From Demequinaceae bacterium (GTDB lineage Bacteria; Actinomycetota; Actinomycetes; Actinomycetales; Demequinaceae): a stretch of 32,000 nt of DNA. The first letter of the stretch is position 1; each line of letters starts with the position of its first letter. A program made the position numbers and the translations under genes. Shown piece by piece: positions 18,562-28,371 of the stretch. The stretch is from the NCBI GenBank assembly GCA_965250005.1, contig OZ252279.1, positions 690,001-722,000 on the forward strand, read 5' to 3'. The notes under the pieces were generated by a model. It saw only the letters and a program-made list of their open reading frames with translations. It was not told the origin of the DNA and did no database searches.

Positions 18562-20379
18562 ATGCGCGCGCTCGGTGTCTCACCAGCCTGGATCGCGCAC
18601 GGCTCCGTCATCGCGCTGGCGGCGGCGTTGGTCGCCGCCGGCCTATTCGGATTGCAGTCGACAACCGCCGCCGCCACCCAACAAGAGATCGTCGATAGTG
18701 ACCTGTCGTCAGCCAAGCCCGACGACAAGAGTGGCAACAGCGGGGGTGGCGGCAAGGCCGAGGAGCCCCTCCCTGAGACGTGGACGTTCCGCGTGTTTAA
18801 CGCGAACGGCACTGACATCACCAGCAGCCCCATCCGGCCCGGGGAGACCGTGACAATTGTTGCCTCGGGCCTGCCTGCGGATCGTCGCGTCAACGTGGGC
18901 CTCTCGGTCAACCAACAGACGTTCGACGGCGGATTCATCGGAAGCGACGGTGTGTTGCGGCTATCCATCACCATCCCCGCAGGCGCCGTGGCAGGTCAGG
19001 ATTCGATCGTCGCGCGCATCACCGGCCAAGGGGGAGAGTCTTCGACGGCTACCGTTGGCATCACGATCGGTTCAGGATCGGGTTCTGAGTCCGAGTCCTC
19101 GGATGTGACGACGGAGGACGACACCTCCGCCGAGAATTCGCCGTCGGCGAGTGGAGCGACCGCCGGCATCTCCGACATCGGCGAAATCGACTCGCACAGC
19201 ACCAACACCGAGGCTGAATACGGTCACGGACTCCACGACGCAACCAAGTTTGGCGAAGGCTTGCATACGGCTGACGAACTCCACCTCGACGCCGAACACG
19301 TGGCCATCACCAGCGGGCTTGCGATCGTCATCCTGCTCATGATCGTGGTCCCCGGGCGGCTCCTAGAGGGAACGCTCACGCACAACTACGGCCGCATCCG
19401 GGCGTGGATAACGGATCTACGCGGTTGGATTCGGCGACACCGGCCACGCCTATCCGCCCGACTGACCGCGATCTCACTCGGCTCGAATCGCGGGCGCGCA
19501 TCGTTCAAGCTCGCGCGCGGACGGCTCACCGGCAAGTTCCCGTGGCTGACGAGCAGCTGGGCAGTCGTGCTCGGATCACTCGCGGCTACGGCATTTATCC
19601 TGGGCTTTTCTGACCCAGGTTTCGGCACCAATCCGTCGTCGTTCCGACTGTTCCTGGCCATCGGGCTATCGCTGGTGTTCATCAACCTTGCGGGCAACAT
19701 CGCGGTTCGGGTAGTTGCGAGTTACCGTTACAAGACCCCGGGTGTCTTTACCGCCATGCCCGCCGTCTTGATCATCACCGTTCTGGCGGTGGCCGTATCG
19801 CGCATCCTCCACATCCAACCGGGTCTGCTCCTCGGACTGGTGATCGGCGTATCGTTGGCGCGCGAACTCAGGCACACCGAGCACGCGCGGCTCGCGCTCT
19901 GGCACGCGGGCACTCTCTTCACCGCGGGCGTAGGCGCGTGGATCGCATACTCATTCGTCGCGGGCGGGCACGGCGACGAGGCTGGATTCTGGACGCACCT
20001 GGCGCAAGAGGTACTCGCCGCGACGGCGGTCGAGGCGCTCGTGGGATTCCTCGTCATCATGCTTCCGCTGGAATTCATGGAGGGGTTTGCCGTGTTCGCG
20101 TGGTCGCGCAAGATTTGGATCGCAGCCTACGCCGTCGGGCTCGTCACGTTCCTGACGCTCATAGCCCCCATGGCCGACGAGTTCCAGCACTGGACCGGAA
20201 ACGCGTACGTTCTGCTGACCGGAGTAGTCGTGTTCACGGCGTTCGCGCTAGGGGTCTGGTACTTCTTCCATCGAATTGAGCAGCGGGAACGCGCCGAGGC
20301 GATGGCCGCGGCTGCCGCAAGAAAGAAGCGCAAGGCGCCCCCCGCCAAGAAGAAGGCGACAGCCGCGGCCAGGAAGTAG
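18562..20379 (+). CDS. uncharacterised large membrane protein (signal/anchor, beta-rich ectodomain, acidic Ser/Gly/Glu linker, polytopic domain, basic tail)
   Basis: ATG 18562 with GAGGAGG upstream. N-terminal hydrophobic segment VIALAAALVAAGLFGL, then GSGSGSESESSDVTTEDDTS, at least 7 hydrophobic helices, and the C-terminus AAAARKKRKAPPAKKKATAAARK. Confidence 0.7.
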   Translation: MRALGVSPAWIAHGSVIALAAALVAAGLFGLQSTTAAATQQEIVDSDLSSAKPDDKSGNSGGGGKAEEPLPETWTFRVFNANGTDITSSPIRPGETVTIVASGLPADRRVNVGLSVNQQTFDGGFIGSDGVLRLSITIPAGAVAGQDSIVARITGQGGESSTATVGITIGSGSGSESESSDVTTEDDTSAENSPSASGATAGISDIGEIDSHSTNTEAEYGHGLHDATKFGEGLHTADELHLDAEHVAITSGLAIVILLMIVVPGRLLEGTLTHNYGRIRAWITDLRGWIRRHRPRLSARLTAISLGSNRGRASFKLARGRLTGKFPWLTSSWAVVLGSLAATAFILGFSDPGFGTNPSSFRLFLAIGLSLVFINLAGNIAVRVVASYRYKTPGVFTAMPAVLIITVLAVAVSRILHIQPGLLLGLVIGVSLARELRHTEHARLALWHAGTLFTAGVGAWIAYSFVAGGHGDEAGFWTHLAQEVLAATAVEALVGFLVIMLPLEFMEGFAVFAWSRKIWIAAYAVGLVTFLTLIAPMADEFQHWTGNAYVLLTGVVVFTAFALGVWYFFHRIEQRERAEAMAAAAARKKRKAPPAKKKATAAARK

Positions 20380-20383
20380 CGCG

Positions 20384-21478
20384 CTAGGCGATCGCGAAGC
20401 GCGACAGGAAGTCCCAGAGGACTTCGACGTTCCAGTCCTTCGGCGCACTGCCCCCCGACGCGCCGCCTAGCGTGCGCGTGTTGCCGCCGGGGAAGAGGTG
20501 GCCGCCGTTGTTGATGGTCAGCATCCGCACCTCCGCGCCATCCGCGCACCCGGTATAGGTCGCGATGTCGGTCGTTGTGCCGTCGGCCCGGGAGTTGCGA
20601 ATGTTCGAACGCGCCGGCTCGGCGTCGCACTCGTTCGACGCGAGCCAAACACCGAGGCTCTCGGGGGCGCCGATCTTAGGTAGCGCAGACTCGTCTGCGC
20701 ACGCCTGCGTCGACGACTCGTATGTCCAGCAGCCGTCGCCCGTGCCGTGGGCGTAAATCACGGGAACGGCGCGCGACGGGGCGCACTGAGCTTCCGTGGA
20801 GAACGCATTGCCGCCAGAGACCGGCGCGATCGCGGTGATCCTGTCAGCCATCTCGCACCCGACGCGGTGCGACAGCGCTCCCCCGTTGGAGAAGCCCATG
20901 AAGTAGACCCGCGACGTGTCAACCCGGAACTCGGCCTCAAGTTGGTCGAGCACGGCGTTCAGGTAGGCAACGTCGTCGATGCCCCGGTAGCACGCCAGCC
21001 CCGACGAGCATGCGTATTCGCCGCCTCCGCCCGCGTTCCAGGTGCGCAGCTTGGGAAGAAGGCGCGCGCTCGTCCCGTTCGGGTAGACCGTGATGAAGCC
21101 CGCGCGGTCGCCGAGGTTGTGGAGACACACCGGGTCCTCCAAGTCGCCGATGGGGCACGTGGTTTCCTGGGTCTGCACGCTGTTTCCGCCTCCGCCGTGC
21201 AAAAAGATGACTACGGGCATCGGCTGCGCGGAAGGGTCGTAGGACACAGGCACGTAGACGTCGAACGGGCGATCATCGTATCCGGGGACATCGCAGCCGT
21301 CGGCGTGGCCTCCAGCATCGATGCAGGGGTAGGCAGTGGGTTCCCAGCCGCCCGGTGACGCGGCAGGCGCGGGTTCATGTGGAGTTTCACGGTCTCGGTC
21401 TCGCAACGAGCCGCAGGCAGCGAGCGTGACCACGCCAAGCGCTGCCACTGCTACGAATCTCACGACAGACCTACGCAT
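20384..21478 (-). CDS. secreted lipoprotein, alpha/beta-hydrolase (PHB-depolymerase / LpqC-like esterase family)
   Basis: Lipobox VTLAAC after a basic N-terminus (MRRSVVRFVAVAALGV). Also VVIFLHGGGGN and the nucleophile elbow GFSNGG. Confidence 0.72.
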   Translation of the reverse strand: MRRSVVRFVAVAALGVVTLAACGSLRDRDRETPHEPAPAASPGGWEPTAYPCIDAGGHADGCDVPGYDDRPFDVYVPVSYDPSAQPMPVVIFLHGGGGNSVQTQETTCPIGDLEDPVCLHNLGDRAGFITVYPNGTSARLLPKLRTWNAGGGGEYACSSGLACYRGIDDVAYLNAVLDQLEAEFRVDTSRVYFMGFSNGGALSHRVGCEMADRITAIAPVSGGNAFSTEAQCAPSRAVPVIYAHGTGDGCWTYESSTQACADESALPKIGAPESLGVWLASNECDAEPARSNIRNSRADGTTTDIATYTGCADGAEVRMLTINNGGHLFPGGNTRTLGGASGGSAPKDWNVEVLWDFLSRFAIA

Positions 21479-21517
21479 GGTCCTACCGTAGACACATTCG
21501 CTGGGCGTCGGCGGAAA

Positions 21518-22015
21518 TCAACTGACGCGGTGCAGCCACCGCACGGGGGCTCCGTGGCCGGCGTACCGGAATGGCTCGAGCTCCTGGTCCCACGCGGTGC
21601 CAAGAGCGAGGTCCATGGCCCGCTTGAGGTCCGCGGCGTTGCCGCCGGTCTCGATCGCCGTGCGTATGCGGTCCTCCGGGACAACGATGTTGCCGTGAAC
21701 GTCCGTGACGGCGTGGAAGATGCCCAGCCCTGGCGTGTGGCTCCAGCGGCCTCCGTCGTTGCCGTACGACGGCTCTTCCGTGACCTCGTAGCGGACGTGC
21801 TCCCAGCCGCGTAGGGCGGACGCCAGGCGAGCGCCCGTCCCCTGGATGCCTTGCCATGACATTTCGGCGCGCAGAAGGCCAGGGCCGGCGGGCTGCTCGG
21901 TCCAGTCGAGGGTGGCGCGTGAGGTCAGCACGCTGCCTGCCGCCCACTCGATGTGGGGGCACATTGCACGCGTGGCAGAGTGCACGAACAACACGCCGCG
22001 GGTAATGGCAGCCAT
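21518..22015 (-). CDS. DUF3145 domain protein (conserved actinobacterial)
   Basis: ATG 22015 with GGAAGGA 6 nt upstream. Product: TRGVLFVHSATRAMCPHIEWAAGSVL...WTEQPA...LRGWEHVRYEVTEEPS...PGLGIFHA. Confidence 0.8.
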   Translation of the reverse strand: MAAITRGVLFVHSATRAMCPHIEWAAGSVLTSRATLDWTEQPAGPGLLRAEMSWQGIQGTGARLASALRGWEHVRYEVTEEPSYGNDGGRWSHTPGLGIFHAVTDVHGNIVVPEDRIRTAIETGGNAADLKRAMDLALGTAWDQELEPFRYAGHGAPVRWLHRVS

Positions 22016-22146
22016 CACCGTTCCTTCCTTCTAGGTGCGTCTTCCCCAACGACCTATCAGGAACTGCGTGATCTGCTACGTGCGTATGCGATTATCGTGC
22101 GACTCCATCGTGCCTTACCTCGGCGAATATTGCCAGCGCCGAGCGG

Positions 22147-22713
22147 TTACGTCGCGGGCGTGTCGGCGTGCACGTCGACGATTTCGGCTGCGTCTTCGTC
22201 GACATCGAGGACGGCCCAGTCGCGTTCAATCGCGGCGCGCATTTCTCGCATCGCCTGTCTCTTCACGTCGTTCTCGAGGCGATCGAGGAACAGCTTGCCG
22301 TCCAGGTGGTCCACCTCGTGCTGAATGAGGCGGGCCCAAATCTCACGGCCCTCGACCACGACTTCCGCGCCGTCAAGATCCGTGCCGACGGCGCGCGCGT
22401 GAACCGGGCGCTCGCACGGGTACCAGAGCCCTGGAACGCTCAGGCATCCCTCGTCGCTCAGTTCCTGGTTTTCAGAGGACATCTCCACGATCTCGGGGTT
22501 CAGGATGTAGCCGACCTCCCCTTCGATATTCCAGGAGAACGCGCGCAGGTTCACACCGATTTGGTTGGCCGCGAGCCCGGCGCGGCCGTCGCGATTGACA
22601 GTTTCCAGGAGGTCAGCGACCAGCGTACGCACGCCGTCATTGATCTGGGTGATCGGATCGCACGCAGTGCGTAGCACCGGGTCGCCCGTCACGCGGATGT
22701 CTCGCATAGCCAT
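22147..22713 (-). CDS. def: peptide deformylase
   Basis: ORF 22147..22929 trimmed to ATG 22713 ([15 protein letters not shown]). Product: [24 protein letters not shown] (the three def motifs). Confidence 0.9.
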   Translation of the reverse strand: MAMRDIRVTGDPVLRTACDPITQINDGVRTLVADLLETVNRDGRAGLAANQIGVNLRAFSWNIEGEVGYILNPEIVEMSSENQELSDEGCLSVPGLWYPCERPVHARAVGTDLDGAEVVVEGREIWARLIQHEVDHLDGKLFLDRLENDVKRQAMREMRAAIERDWAVLDVDEDAAEIVDVHADTPAT

Positions 22714-22846
22714 GGCCAGTATTCTCCCACGCAGTGCGCGGGCCGCGCGAATCGCGTCGCAGCGGCACACGGTTGTGGAGCCCGAACGGCGGGCTCCTCG
22801 CGGCATGGCTCTGCCGTACCCGCCCGCGTTGTGACACGCTGGAGCC

Positions 22847-23707
22847 ATGACTGTCAGCCCCAAAATCAAGCCCGTAGACCACGCGGAGGTGGCGGCTCTG
22901 TGGCCAGTCGCCCAGCCCGCCGACCACAAGTACTCGCGAGGCGTGGTTGGCGTGATCGCCGGCTCAGACGCGTATCCGGGCGCCGCGGTGTTGGCGTGCT
23001 CGGGGGCTGTGCGCGCAGGGGCCGGGCTGGTCCGTCACGTAGGGCCGGACCGGGTCCAAGACTTAGTGCTTGGCGCGCGCCCCGAGGTGGTGCCGCACTC
23101 CCCTGGTGATGCTCTGCCCCGCGCCGACGCATGGGTGGTGGGCCCAGGGATCGGAGAGGACCCCCTCCAGGAGCGAGCCGCAGAGCTCGCGCGGCTCACG
23201 GACTCCCCGCGCGTCGTCGATGCCGCCCAAGTGATTCTGTTCGCGCTAGACCGTGCTGGGGCTGCGAAGGCCCCGGATCCCACGAACGTACTTTTCACCC
23301 CGCACGCCGGCGAACTAGCCGAAGCCCTCAACGCGCTCGGAGTCAAGATCGATCGCGCCGGTGTCGAGGCCGCGCGGCACAAATCTGCGACACGCCTGGC
23401 CGACCTCGCTCACGCAACAGTGCTGCTCAAGGGGCACCGGACGCTCGTGGTTTCGCCGGGCGGCCGAGCCTCGGAACTCCCGGCTGCGCCCGCCTGGCTA
23501 GCCACCGCCGGAACCGGCGACGTCCTGGCTGGAATTGCCGGAGCGCTGCTTGCCGCCGGCCTCGACGCGCGCGAGGCGGGCATTTCTGCTGCGCTCGTTC
23601 ATGGCCTGGCCGCTGAGCACGCGTCTGCTGGCGCGCCAATTGCTGCGCTAGATGTGGCTTCCGCCATTCCCTCAACCATCGGTCGGCTACTAGTGTCTCT
23701 GGCATGA
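22847..23707 (+). CDS. ADP/ATP-dependent NAD(P)H-hydrate dehydratase (YjeF C-terminal family)
   Basis: [60 protein letters not shown]. Confidence 0.85.
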   Translation: MTVSPKIKPVDHAEVAALWPVAQPADHKYSRGVVGVIAGSDAYPGAAVLACSGAVRAGAGLVRHVGPDRVQDLVLGARPEVVPHSPGDALPRADAWVVGPGIGEDPLQERAAELARLTDSPRVVDAAQVILFALDRAGAAKAPDPTNVLFTPHAGELAEALNALGVKIDRAGVEAARHKSATRLADLAHATVLLKGHRTLVVSPGGRASELPAAPAWLATAGTGDVLAGIAGALLAAGLDAREAGISAALVHGLAAEHASAGAPIAALDVASAIPSTIGRLLVSLA

Positions 23708-24282
23708 CCTTGATCACGGAGCGCCTGCAGCTCCGGAAATTCGCCATCGCAGATGCCAGTGCGGTACACAGTTACGCCTCAGACCCTGAGGTGTGCGCGT
23801 TCATGAGTTGGGGTCCCAACACGTGGGACGAAACCCTCGACTTCCTGTCGCTCGCAACGTCCCACTCGGCCACGCGCCACGAGTTTGCGGTCATTGACCG
23901 CGCCACAGGAGACGTCATTGGCGCGGTGGGCGGCGGCCCCGTGGGTGAGGGCCGGTGGGATATGGGGTGGGTATTCAGCAAGGACGCATGGGGTCACGGC
24001 TACGCGACGGAGGCGGCGCGAGCCCTGGTGGGGTTCATCGCTACCCAGCCCGGTGTGGCGACAATCGAGGCACGCTGCGTGCCTGAGAACCGCGCGTCGG
24101 CGCGAGTCATGGAGAAGCTCGGGATGCACTATGTCAAGCGCATCGAGAACGACTTCGCGACGCGCGGGAACATGACCGACTCGCTGCTGTATTCGATCCC
24201 CACGCGCCGCATCGCTCGGCGCGACGTCGCGGCCGTCGCGGGCGCCGCGGGCGCCGCGGGCGCCGCGGGCGCAACAGGCTAA
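23704..24282 (+). CDS. GNAT family N-acetyltransferase (RimJ/RimL-like)
   Basis: ATGA overlap with the preceding stop. Product: LITERLQLRKF, WGHGYATEAARALV, VPENRASARVMEKLGM. The C-terminus is AGAAGAAGAAGATG. Confidence 0.8.
   Translation: MTLITERLQLRKFAIADASAVHSYASDPEVCAFMSWGPNTWDETLDFLSLATSHSATRHEFAVIDRATGDVIGAVGGGPVGEGRWDMGWVFSKDAWGHGYATEAARALVGFIATQPGVATIEARCVPENRASARVMEKLGMHYVKRIENDFATRGNMTDSLLYSIPTRRIARRDVAAVAGAAGAAGAAGATG
24241..24267. repeat. 9-bp tandem repeat (GGCGCCGCG)x3 at the 3' end of the GNAT gene
   Basis: Read directly. It is flanked by degenerate copies (gtcgcg before, ggcgcaaca after) and encodes (GAA)n. Confidence 0.85.
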
Positions 24283-24297
24283 CTCAAGCTCCCAGCA

Positions 24298-24317
24298 GCA
24301 CCGCACGTAGGCGGTGC
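24298..24317. terminator. short stem-loop between convergent GNAT and DUF1905 genes
   Basis: GCACCGC, loop ACGTAG, then GCGGTGC. The stem is 7 bp and there is no T tract. Confidence 0.3.
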
Positions 24318-24325
24318 AACGTCTG

Positions 24326-24598
24326 TCACTGGTCGCGCACCTCGAGCTCAAAGTCGATCAACCGCCCGAGTCCGAGTTCCTCAGCCTTGCGGACTTGCGC
24401 CTTCACCGGCAGCACGAACGACTCCGCCTCCTTGCTGGGAAAGACGGACGTGTCCCACGTGGTGTCACCCACCGTTACCCGTACGCGAATCGATCCGAAC
24501 CCGCGCTTGGGGCCGACGTAGCGAAAGTCGATCTCATCCGACGCCTCATGCGGGAGCGTCACGAAGTACCACGAAGCGTCCGACTTCCACAGATACAT
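24326..24598 (-). CDS. DUF1905 domain protein
   Basis: ORF 24326..24910 trimmed to ATG 24598, since the upstream part overlaps amt. Product: MYLWKSDASWYFVTLPHEASDEI...GSIRVRVTVGDTTWDTSVFPSKE...FVLPVKAQVRKA. Confidence 0.7.
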   Translation of the reverse strand: MYLWKSDASWYFVTLPHEASDEIDFRYVGPKRGFGSIRVRVTVGDTTWDTSVFPSKEAESFVLPVKAQVRKAEELGLGRLIDFELEVRDQ

Positions 24599-24632
24599 CT
24601 CTGCGCTGAACTTCAGAGACTGGGACAAGTCG

Positions 24633-25868
24633 CTAGTTGGTGATCTCGTACGCGCCCTCGCCGTGCTGACTGTAATCGAGTCCGTCGAATTCTTCCTTCT
24701 CCGTAACGCGCAGCCCGACGGTCTTCTTGACCAGCATGGCCAGCAGCCAACTCGCACCAAACGCGAATGCACTCGCGGCGACGATGGCGATGGCGTGCTT
24801 GCCCAGCAGCTCGGCGCCTCCGCCATTGAAGATTGCGATGCCAGCGCCGCCGTCGGCGAGCAGGTCGCGCGCGAAGAATCCGAGGAAGAGCATCCCGACC
24901 ACGCCGCCAATGTAGTGAACGGCGAGGACGTCGAGCGAGTCGTCGATCTTCACACGGAACTTAAGCTTGACCGCCCACAGGCAGACTGCGCCGGCGATGA
25001 GGCCGAGCAGCAGCGCTGGCAGCGGGTCGAGGAATCCTGCCGAGGGCGTAATCGCCACGAGTCCAGCCACAACGCCCGATGCGCCACCAAGGGCGGTGGG
25101 TTTGCCCACGAGCTTCTTTTCGAGCGCAAGCCAGCCGATCATGCCGCCAACGCCAGACATGTGCGTGGCAAGCGCGGCTGCGCCAGCGTCGGCGCCGGAG
25201 GTAAGCGCGGAACCGGCGTTGAAGCCGATCCATCCGACCCACAGCAGGCCAGCACCTAGGAGAGTCAGCGGGAGGTTATGGGGAAGCATCGGCTTGCCCG
25301 GCCAGCCCTTGCGGCGTCCCACGACAATCGCGAGCGCGAGCGCAGAGGCTCCCGAACAGATCTCTACCACCGTTCCACCGGCGAAGTCCTTCACTCCAAG
25401 GGCGGCCATCCAGCCGTCGCTTGACCAAGCCCAGTGCGCGATGAGCGGATACACGGCGATGGACCAGAGCGCAATGAAGCCCATGAGCGGCAGGAAGCGG
25501 GTGCGATCCGCGGCGGCGCCAGTGATGAGCGCCCCGGTGATGACTGCGAACATCATTTGGAACATGACGAACACGTCCGGCGGGAAGGTGAAGTCCACGG
25601 CGCCCGGTTCGCGGATTCCGTCGAGCCCGATGAAGTCGAGGCCTCCGACCAGGCCTGCCCCGGCGTCGGCGCCCCAAAACAGCGAGAAGCCCACGAGCAC
25701 CCAGGTCACGGAGACGACCGCCAGCGCGCCAAAGTTGTACATGAGCATGCCGAGCGCGTTCTTGGCGCGCACCATGCCGGCGTAGAAGATCGCGAGGCCG
25801 GGGAGCATGAGGAGCACGAGGACGGTGCTGGTGATGAGCCACGCGGTGTCGCCGGTGTCGAATTCCAC
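24633..25868 (-). CDS. amt: ammonium transporter
   Basis: GTG 25868 with AAGGAG upstream. Product: DTAWLITSTVLVLLMLPGLAIFYAGMVR, DFAGGTVVEI, AVHYIGGVVG. About 11 TM helices. Confidence 0.9.
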   Translation of the reverse strand: MEFDTGDTAWLITSTVLVLLMLPGLAIFYAGMVRAKNALGMLMYNFGALAVVSVTWVLVGFSLFWGADAGAGLVGGLDFIGLDGIREPGAVDFTFPPDVFVMFQMMFAVITGALITGAAADRTRFLPLMGFIALWSIAVYPLIAHWAWSSDGWMAALGVKDFAGGTVVEICSGASALALAIVVGRRKGWPGKPMLPHNLPLTLLGAGLLWVGWIGFNAGSALTSGADAGAAALATHMSGVGGMIGWLALEKKLVGKPTALGGASGVVAGLVAITPSAGFLDPLPALLLGLIAGAVCLWAVKLKFRVKIDDSLDVLAVHYIGGVVGMLFLGFFARDLLADGGAGIAIFNGGGAELLGKHAIAIVAASAFAFGASWLLAMLVKKTVGLRVTEKEEFDGLDYSQHGEGAYEITN

Positions 25869-25972
25869 GGTGATTCTCCTTCGTTGATTCGGCCTACGCG
25901 GCCGCGCTCTGCCAGATCCCTACGGGCGAGTTCCCCCGAGTGTAGCGACCGTACGGACGGTAATCACGCTGG

Positions 25973-26302
25973 CTACTCGGCGGGATCAGGCTCGTGCGCC
26001 ACAGACCCGGCGGCGCCGAGCGCCCACCCAACCGTCGATGTCACCATTCGGCCCGCGAAGCGCACCGCAGTCCGCTCCGACACAGGTCGGTGTGGCAGTC
26101 CGAGTTCAGCCTGCGTCCATTCGGGCATCAATGCGACGCCGGCGGCCGCCAGCGCCCGGTACGGCGGCCTGGCGAACCATGGCAACGGCGGGTGGTCGAG
26201 GAGAAACCGTGCGGTCTCGCGCGCGGCGTCGGTTGCGCGGAGCTCCGGACGGTAGGCCTCGATGGCGTCGTCCAGTTCCCTCCTGGTGGTGGGAAGGCTC
26301 TC
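25973..26302 (-). pseudogene. 3' fragment of an MpaB/DUF2236-family oxygenase gene, 5' part removed at the IS-A boundary
   Basis: The frame of ORF 25973..26185 stays open up to the IS end at 26302. It reads ESLPTTRRELDDAIEAYRPELRATDAARETARFLLDHPPLPWFARPPYRALAAAGVALMPEWTQAELGLP, which resembles the C-terminal third of DUF2236 proteins. There is no start codon or N-terminal part. Confidence 0.6.
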
Positions 26303-26317
26303 TGAATCGCCCCGGGT

Positions 26318-26799
26318 TTAGTGGAGGGCGGGTTCTCCCAGGAGCGGTTGCTCGTGGGGTGTGTTCTCACGGTAGTACAGGTGGAGCCGACCCACAGCTC
26401 ATTGGGACATTCGGCACGGAAGTTGCGCTTCACGTGATCCGGTGCTCGGTTTGCTGCCGGATCGGGACGGGTCGTGACGAACTGTTTGCCGCGACGCACC
26501 CCGCGAAGCCCCTGAGCCCGCATGAGACGCTCCACCGTGCAGCGGGCGGTCACGACACCGTCACGCTTGAGTAGGCGCCACACCTTTCGCGCACCCGAGA
26601 TCCCGCGACCCTTCGTGCGGTCCCAGAAGACCCGCTCAATGTGTTCGCGCAACTCTTGATCACGCACCGTCCGCTGCGAGATGGCACGCGTTTTGAACGC
26701 GTAGTAAGTAGACGGGGCGATCTTGACTCCGTGCTCGGTGAGCACCCGGCAGATCGGCTCGACCCCGAAACGAACACGATGCTCGTCGATGAAGTTCAC
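26318..26799 (-). pseudogene. IS-A transposase orfB remnant (DDE core deleted)
   Basis: (GTG)NFIDEHRVRFGVEPICRVL...RNFRAECPNELWVG matches IS-B orfB up to ...RRLWVA. At about 26383-26388 it jumps out of frame to the terminal YYRENTP...H* segment. The listed ORF 26128..26799 is a read-through artefact. Confidence 0.8.
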
Positions 26800-27127
26800 T
26801 AAAACGGAAGTCGCGGGTCGAGCTCCCGCGCGAAGAAACTTGACGCCGCAAACAAAATATCGTTGGCACGCTTCAACTCACGATTCTCACGCTCGAGATC
26901 TTTGATACGGGCCGCGCCGACCGTGGCGATGCCCCTGACCTCGCCGGCGCCAATGCGCGCCTGTTTCACCCACCCACGCAACCTGTCCGGAATCACCCCC
27001 GTGCGATGACCGATACGGATCACCACCGCAATCAACGACAACGACACCTCCTGGCTCATCGCCTCACTTACGAACCGAATGGCCCGATCTGATTTGGCCT
27101 GGGTTTTGTTCCGACTTTTCAGTAAGG

Positions 27128-27448
27128 ATGGAACCCATGACTAGATACACACCGCAGATGCGTGAGCGGGCGTTGAGAATGCTTGCTGAGGCGAGGCCGG
27201 ATCACCCGAGTTTGATGACTGCGATCCGTCACGTGGCAGGCTTGCTTGGGATGAGCCCGGAGACGCTTCGCGTGTGGCAACGCCGCTACGAGGTCGATGC
27301 CGGGCAACGCCCGGGGGCGACTAGCGACATAGTTGAGGACAACCGGCGTTTGAAGCGCGAGAACGCGGAGTTGCGCAAAGCGAATGAGGTCCTTCGGGCT
27401 GCGAGCGTGTTTTTTGCGAAGGAGCTCGACCAGCCACGGACGAGATGA
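27128..27448 (+). CDS. IS3-family transposase orfA (HTH + leucine zipper)
   Basis: RERALRMLAEAR...IRHVAGLLGMSPETLRVWQRRYE...NRRLKRENAELRKANEVLRAASVFFAKELD. It contains GTG TTT TTT GCG (T6 at 27410-27415). From there the -1 frame is open into orfB. Confidence 0.88.
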   Translation: MEPMTRYTPQMRERALRMLAEARPDHPSLMTAIRHVAGLLGMSPETLRVWQRRYEVDAGQRPGATSDIVEDNRRLKRENAELRKANEVLRAASVFFAKELDQPRTR

Positions 27449-28371
27449 CCCGCTTCATTGACGAGCACAAGGGTCGTTTCGGGGTTGAGCTCATCTGCCG
27501 GGTGTTACGCGTGGCGGTTCGTGGATTTGTCACCTCGCGCGGTTATCGCGCCGCTAAGACGCGTCCACCGTCCGTGCGTGCCCTGCGTGATGGTCTGCTT
27601 GTGCCCGAGGTGGTCCGGTTGCATGCAGAGAACTACGGCGTGTACGGGAGGCGGAAAATGCATGCGCTGCTGAAGCGGCAAGGCTGGCAGGTTGGGCGGG
27701 ACCAGACCGAGCGACTCATGCGCCTGGCAGGTGTTCGGGGTGTGAAACGCTCGAAGAAAGTGTTTACGACCAAGAGTGATCCTGCTGCCGCCAAGCCGCA
27801 GGATCTTGTGCAACGCCGGTTCACTGCACCAGCACCGCGCCGTTTGTGGGTCGCGGACATCACCTACGTCGCGACCTGGTCCGGTTTCGCTTACGTCGCG
27901 TTCGTCACCGACGTCTACTCACGCAGGATCGTCGGATGGAACGTCGCATCGACCCTGCAGGCTGACATCCTGCCTTTGCGGGCGCTCGACATGGCCGCCT
28001 GGGACGCGGCAGGCGACCTCGCTGGCCTCGTCCATCATGCCGACCACGGCTCAAACTATTTGGCTACGGTCTACACCGACCGCGTCATCGAGCTCGGTGC
28101 GAAACCTTCCACCGGCTCGGTCGGCGACTCATATGACAATGCCCTCGCCGAGGCCATCAACGGCCTCTACAAAACAGAACTCATCCGCCAGCAAGGGCCC
28201 TGGCGCACCGTCGAACAAGTCGAGTTCGCGACCCTCGAATACGTGTGGTGGTGGAACAACAAACGACTCCACGGCGAACTCGACATGCACACCCCCGTCG
28301 AGATCGAACAGGCGTACTACGCTGGCCAAGAATCAACCCAACCGGCATCCGCCGGACAGGGAAACACCTAG
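27445..28371 (+). CDS. IS3-family transposase orfB (DDE integrase core)
   Basis: ATGA overlap with the orfA stop. Product: RLWVADITYV, VHHADHGSNY, YDNALAEAINGLYKTELI. Confidence 0.92.
   Translation: MTRFIDEHKGRFGVELICRVLRVAVRGFVTSRGYRAAKTRPPSVRALRDGLLVPEVVRLHAENYGVYGRRKMHALLKRQGWQVGRDQTERLMRLAGVRGVKRSKKVFTTKSDPAAAKPQDLVQRRFTAPAPRRLWVADITYVATWSGFAYVAFVTDVYSRRIVGWNVASTLQADILPLRALDMAAWDAAGDLAGLVHHADHGSNYLATVYTDRVIELGAKPSTGSVGDSYDNALAEAINGLYKTELIRQQGPWRTVEQVEFATLEYVWWWNNKRLHGELDMHTPVEIEQAYYAGQESTQPASAGQGNT

Noticed and set aside
17820-18974. A 384-aa ORF on the - strand.
   Set aside because: It is antisense to fabF and to the start of the membrane-protein gene. It is Arg/Ala/Val-rich with no motifs, and fabF on the + strand is unambiguous.
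22714-22929. An N-terminal 72-codon extension of the def ORF.
   Set aside because: Peptide deformylases start close to the MAMRDIRV... sequence. The extension is Arg/Gly/Ala-rich and overlaps the divergent promoter region and the start of the dehydratase gene.
25869-25972. The amt upstream region, searched for a GlnR/AmtR-type operator.
   Set aside because: I could not identify a convincing repeat or known box by eye, so no call is made.
24967-26255. Two long + strand ORFs (24967..25785 and 25434..26255).
   Set aside because: They are antisense or off-frame to amt and to the mpaB fragment. Both are low-complexity Pro/Ser/Ala or Arg/Glu/His-rich.
26128-26317. The C-terminal third of ORF 26128..26799 (STCTTVRTHPTSNRSW...).
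   Set aside because: It is read-through past the IS-A internal deletion, out of the IS and into the antisense of the mpaB fragment. It is not a real protein segment.
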